Source of the DNA: Vicugna vicugna | Taxonomy: Eukaryota | NCBI GenBank assembly: GCA_013265495.1 | Contig: MU058198.1 | Location: forward strand, 4,228,419 to 4,280,268 | DNA length: 51,850 nt | Direction: 5' to 3' | Part shown: one piece after another, positions 49,129 through 51,850 of the stretch | Layout: each line of letters starts with the position of its first letter | Position numbering within the stretch: position 1 is the stretch's first letter | The notes under the pieces: model-generated | What the model saw: only the letters and a program-made list of their open reading frames with translations | Told to the model about the DNA's origin: nothing | The model's database searches: none | Position numbers and translations under genes: made by a program

Positions 49129-49840
49129 CTTTTTTTTTTTTTGAGTGCTTTGTATGTTTTATTTTATTATTGTTTTTTAAGTTGAACTATAGTCAGTTTA
49201 AAATGTTATGTTAATTTCTAGTGTACAGCATAGTGATTCAGTTATATATGTATATGTATTCCTTTTCATATTCTTTCTTATTATAGGCTATTACAAGGTA
49301 TTGAATATAGTTCCCTATGCTATGCAGTAGGACATTGCTGTTTTTCTATTTTATATATAGTAGTTAGTATCTGCAAATACCGAATTCTCAACTTATCCCT
49401 CCCTTCCTTTCCTCTTTGGTAACCACAAGTTTGTTTTCTATGTTTATGAGTCTATTTCTGTTTTGTAAATAAGTTCATTTGTGTCATTTTTTTTAGACTC
49501 CACATATAAGTGATATCATATGGTATTTTTCTTTCTCTTTCTGACTGACTTCACTGAGTGTGACAATCTCCAGGTCCATCCAGATTGCTGCAAATGGCAT
49601 TATTTTGTTCTTTTTTATGGCTGAGTAGTATTCCATTGTATAAATATACCACATCTTCTTTATCCAGTCATCTGGCAATGGGCATTTAGGTTGCTTCCAT
49701 GTCTTGGCTATTGTAAATAGTGCTGCTATGAACATTGGGGTGCAGGTACCTTTTCGAATTAGAGCTTCCTCTGGATATATGTCCCGGAGTGGGATTGTTG
49801 GATCATAAGGTAAGTCTATTTTTAGTTTTTAAAGGAATCT
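49129..49840 (-). mobile_element. LINE-1 3' end, same family as 18440-19195
   Basis: ORF 49493-49735 MFIAALFTIAKTWKQPKCP...WIKKMWYIYTMEYYSAIKK (ORF2 C-terminus); T-rich tail. Confidence 0.93.
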
Positions 49841-51455
49841 GGTCTTATTGCTGCTGAGCTGGATTCTGTAGTGTCCAGAGACAGTTGGTTCACTGCACTG
49901 GTGCCGCCCTAAGAGAGGCACATCTTCGCCAGCTCAATTTCAGAGCAGGAGAAAGGCAAAGCTGTGTTCATTGTTCACTGACTCAGAGCATGTTCCACAT
50001 CTTCCTGGGCAGAGACAGAAAAGGCAAATTACAACTGGTAATAGTAATGACACTTAAACATTTACTGATGCCAGACAATTTACCAGTAACTGGTCAAAGC
50101 ATTTCTGTTGTATTTACTCAGTTCATTTTTATAACATCCCACTGGGCCTGGAGGTTGGCGTACAAGGTGACACCCTCCTCCCAGGGCTTTGGGGTTTTGA
50201 GCCACATAACTCTCTTAAAACTTAGCTGCCTCTTCAATTACAAATGGAGGCTCTGCTTCATGGGAATAAAAGCCAGGAGTCTTTTCAATCACAGCTTTGG
50301 ATCTCCAATGAAAAGGGCTTGGTTTTCCAAAGCTATCAACTCTTCCTCTCTGCTTCCAGATGGGCTGTTGGCACCTTGATGAAGTAATGAAAAATGCTCC
50401 ATAGACACCAACATCCTTACAGTTACTGACCACATTCTTAAGTGTTCCAGAAAGCTCAATAGGTGTATGTTTGGACTCCTGAGAAATGACAGATAACAAA
50501 CCAATTTCTAGATGAGGACATCTAACTTGCCAGTTCTGGATAGAAGGATTTTCCCTGCTCCCCCATCTTTCCTCAGATAAGCCTGTTTCACATTTTAGTG
50601 TCTTTTACTTACTGCATCCAAACAAATAAGAATAACTTGTACAGGTGAGGGTACACTTGGCTGCAAGCAGCAGAAAAAAAGTCAAGTCTAAAACTAGCTT
50701 AGGGAAAGGTGGAGAATTTATTAGTTCTGGAACACAGACTGCAGGAAGTTGAACTAGCTTTCAGAAACTTCTGGAACTTCTATTCTTCTCCATCGTCTTT
50801 CTTTCTTACCTACGGACCTCACTGTCTCCCACCACAGACCAACTGCCGAGAGAATGACAGCTCCCTAAGTCCCAAATCCAAAAACCCTGTGGAAGGGCTC
50901 TGATTGGCCTAGCTTGGGTCAGGTGCCTACCCCTGGATCAGGTAGCTGTGCCCAAGATGACAGAGTAGCCATGTGGAGAGGGGGTGAGTTTCAAAAGAAG
51001 GGGCAAGACACTCTAGGAAGTCTATGCCATCAATGAACACTATTAAAAATAAATGGAAAGAGTTCCAACTTTGTCCTGCTCACCAAAGCATCACATGGTA
51101 ATGATACGACATTTACTCCTGCTTGCCACAATTCACTGAACTAGCTCAAAAGGCACTGGTAACTGACGAAGACCTCTATAACTTCTCCAGATGCTTCAAG
51201 ACCCAAAGCCTAAGAAAACAGTAGAGAAGTTTCTGAGCTCATGTAGATTCAATCTGAAGGCTAAGGATTTGTGAGGACCAGTCTCTTACTCAGAAAACCC
51301 TCTAGAACAAGCCATTCCCTTTCAGTGGCTACATCTCCTTTTTAAGTTCAGTATTTGTATGTATTGCAAAATAATCATCAAAATAAGTCTACTTAATAAT
51401 CACCAAAATAAGTCTAGTGCTCTGTCATCACACTCAGTTATAATTTCTTAATTTA

Positions 51456-51457
51456 TT

Positions 51458-51541
<84 letters not shown>
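51456..51541. repeat. (TTTC)n microsatellite at an L1 tail
   Basis: Perfect tttc tandem seen directly. Confidence 0.97.
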
Positions 51542-51850
51542 ATTTTATTTTTTAAACATTTTTTATTGAGTAATAGTCATTTTACAATGTTATGTCAAAT
51601 TCCAGTGTAGAGCATAATTTTTCAGTTATACATGAACATACATATATTCATTGTCACTTTTTTTTCACTGTGAGCTACCACAAGATTTTGTATTTATTTC
51701 CCTGTGCTATACAGTATAATCTTATTTATCTATTCTACATTTTGAAATCCCAGTCTGTCCCTTCCCACCCCCTACCCTCTTGGCAACCACAAGTTTGTAT
51801 TCTATGTCTATGAGTCTGTTTCTGTTTTGTATTTATGTTTTTTTTTTTTT
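51540..51850 (-). mobile_element. Young LINE-1 3' end running off the window
   Basis: ttttattgagtaatagtcattttacaatgtt...ggcaaccacaagtttgtattctatgtctatgagtctgtttctgttttg. Confidence 0.85.

Noticed and set aside
49493..49735. 80-aa ORF as a host gene (also 18447-18959)
   Set aside because: It is the LINE-1 ORF2 C-terminus in a truncated element.
51370..51417. 22-bp direct repeat aataatcatcaaaataagtcta
   Set aside because: Small tandem duplication inside an L1 3'-end fragment.
47426..51850. Next SLC5A11 exon (expected to begin VIVQR)
   Set aside because: No matching sequence found; it presumably lies beyond the window, so its absence is not evidence of pseudogenisation.

Overview
This is mammalian genomic DNA, most likely camelid: it carries several vic-1-type tRNA-derived SINEs and no recognisable Alu, Bov-tA or PRE-1. 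The window holds the 5' half of SLC5A11 (SMIT2/SGLT6, sodium/myo-inositol cotransporter 2) on the + strand. Eight GT-AG coding exons (22618-47425) splice into an intact 290-codon frame, and the gene continues beyond the window. A GC-rich island at ~12.5-14 kb probably holds the promoter and a non-coding first exon (donor at 13839/13840). The rest is typical eutherian repeat landscape (L1, L2, MIR, MLT1/MER21 LTRs, MER20/MER2/Charlie DNA transposons, microsatellites); repeat names are recognised from memory, not from a database search. I see no convincing new biological system. The best second-look items are an antisense solo LTR with a ~23-bp-phased CCAAT array in intron 4, a hairpin-associated inversion/triplication/duplication scar, a nuclear-receptor motif cluster at the putative promoter, a candidate L1 3' transduction and an inverted L1 pair bracketing the exons.
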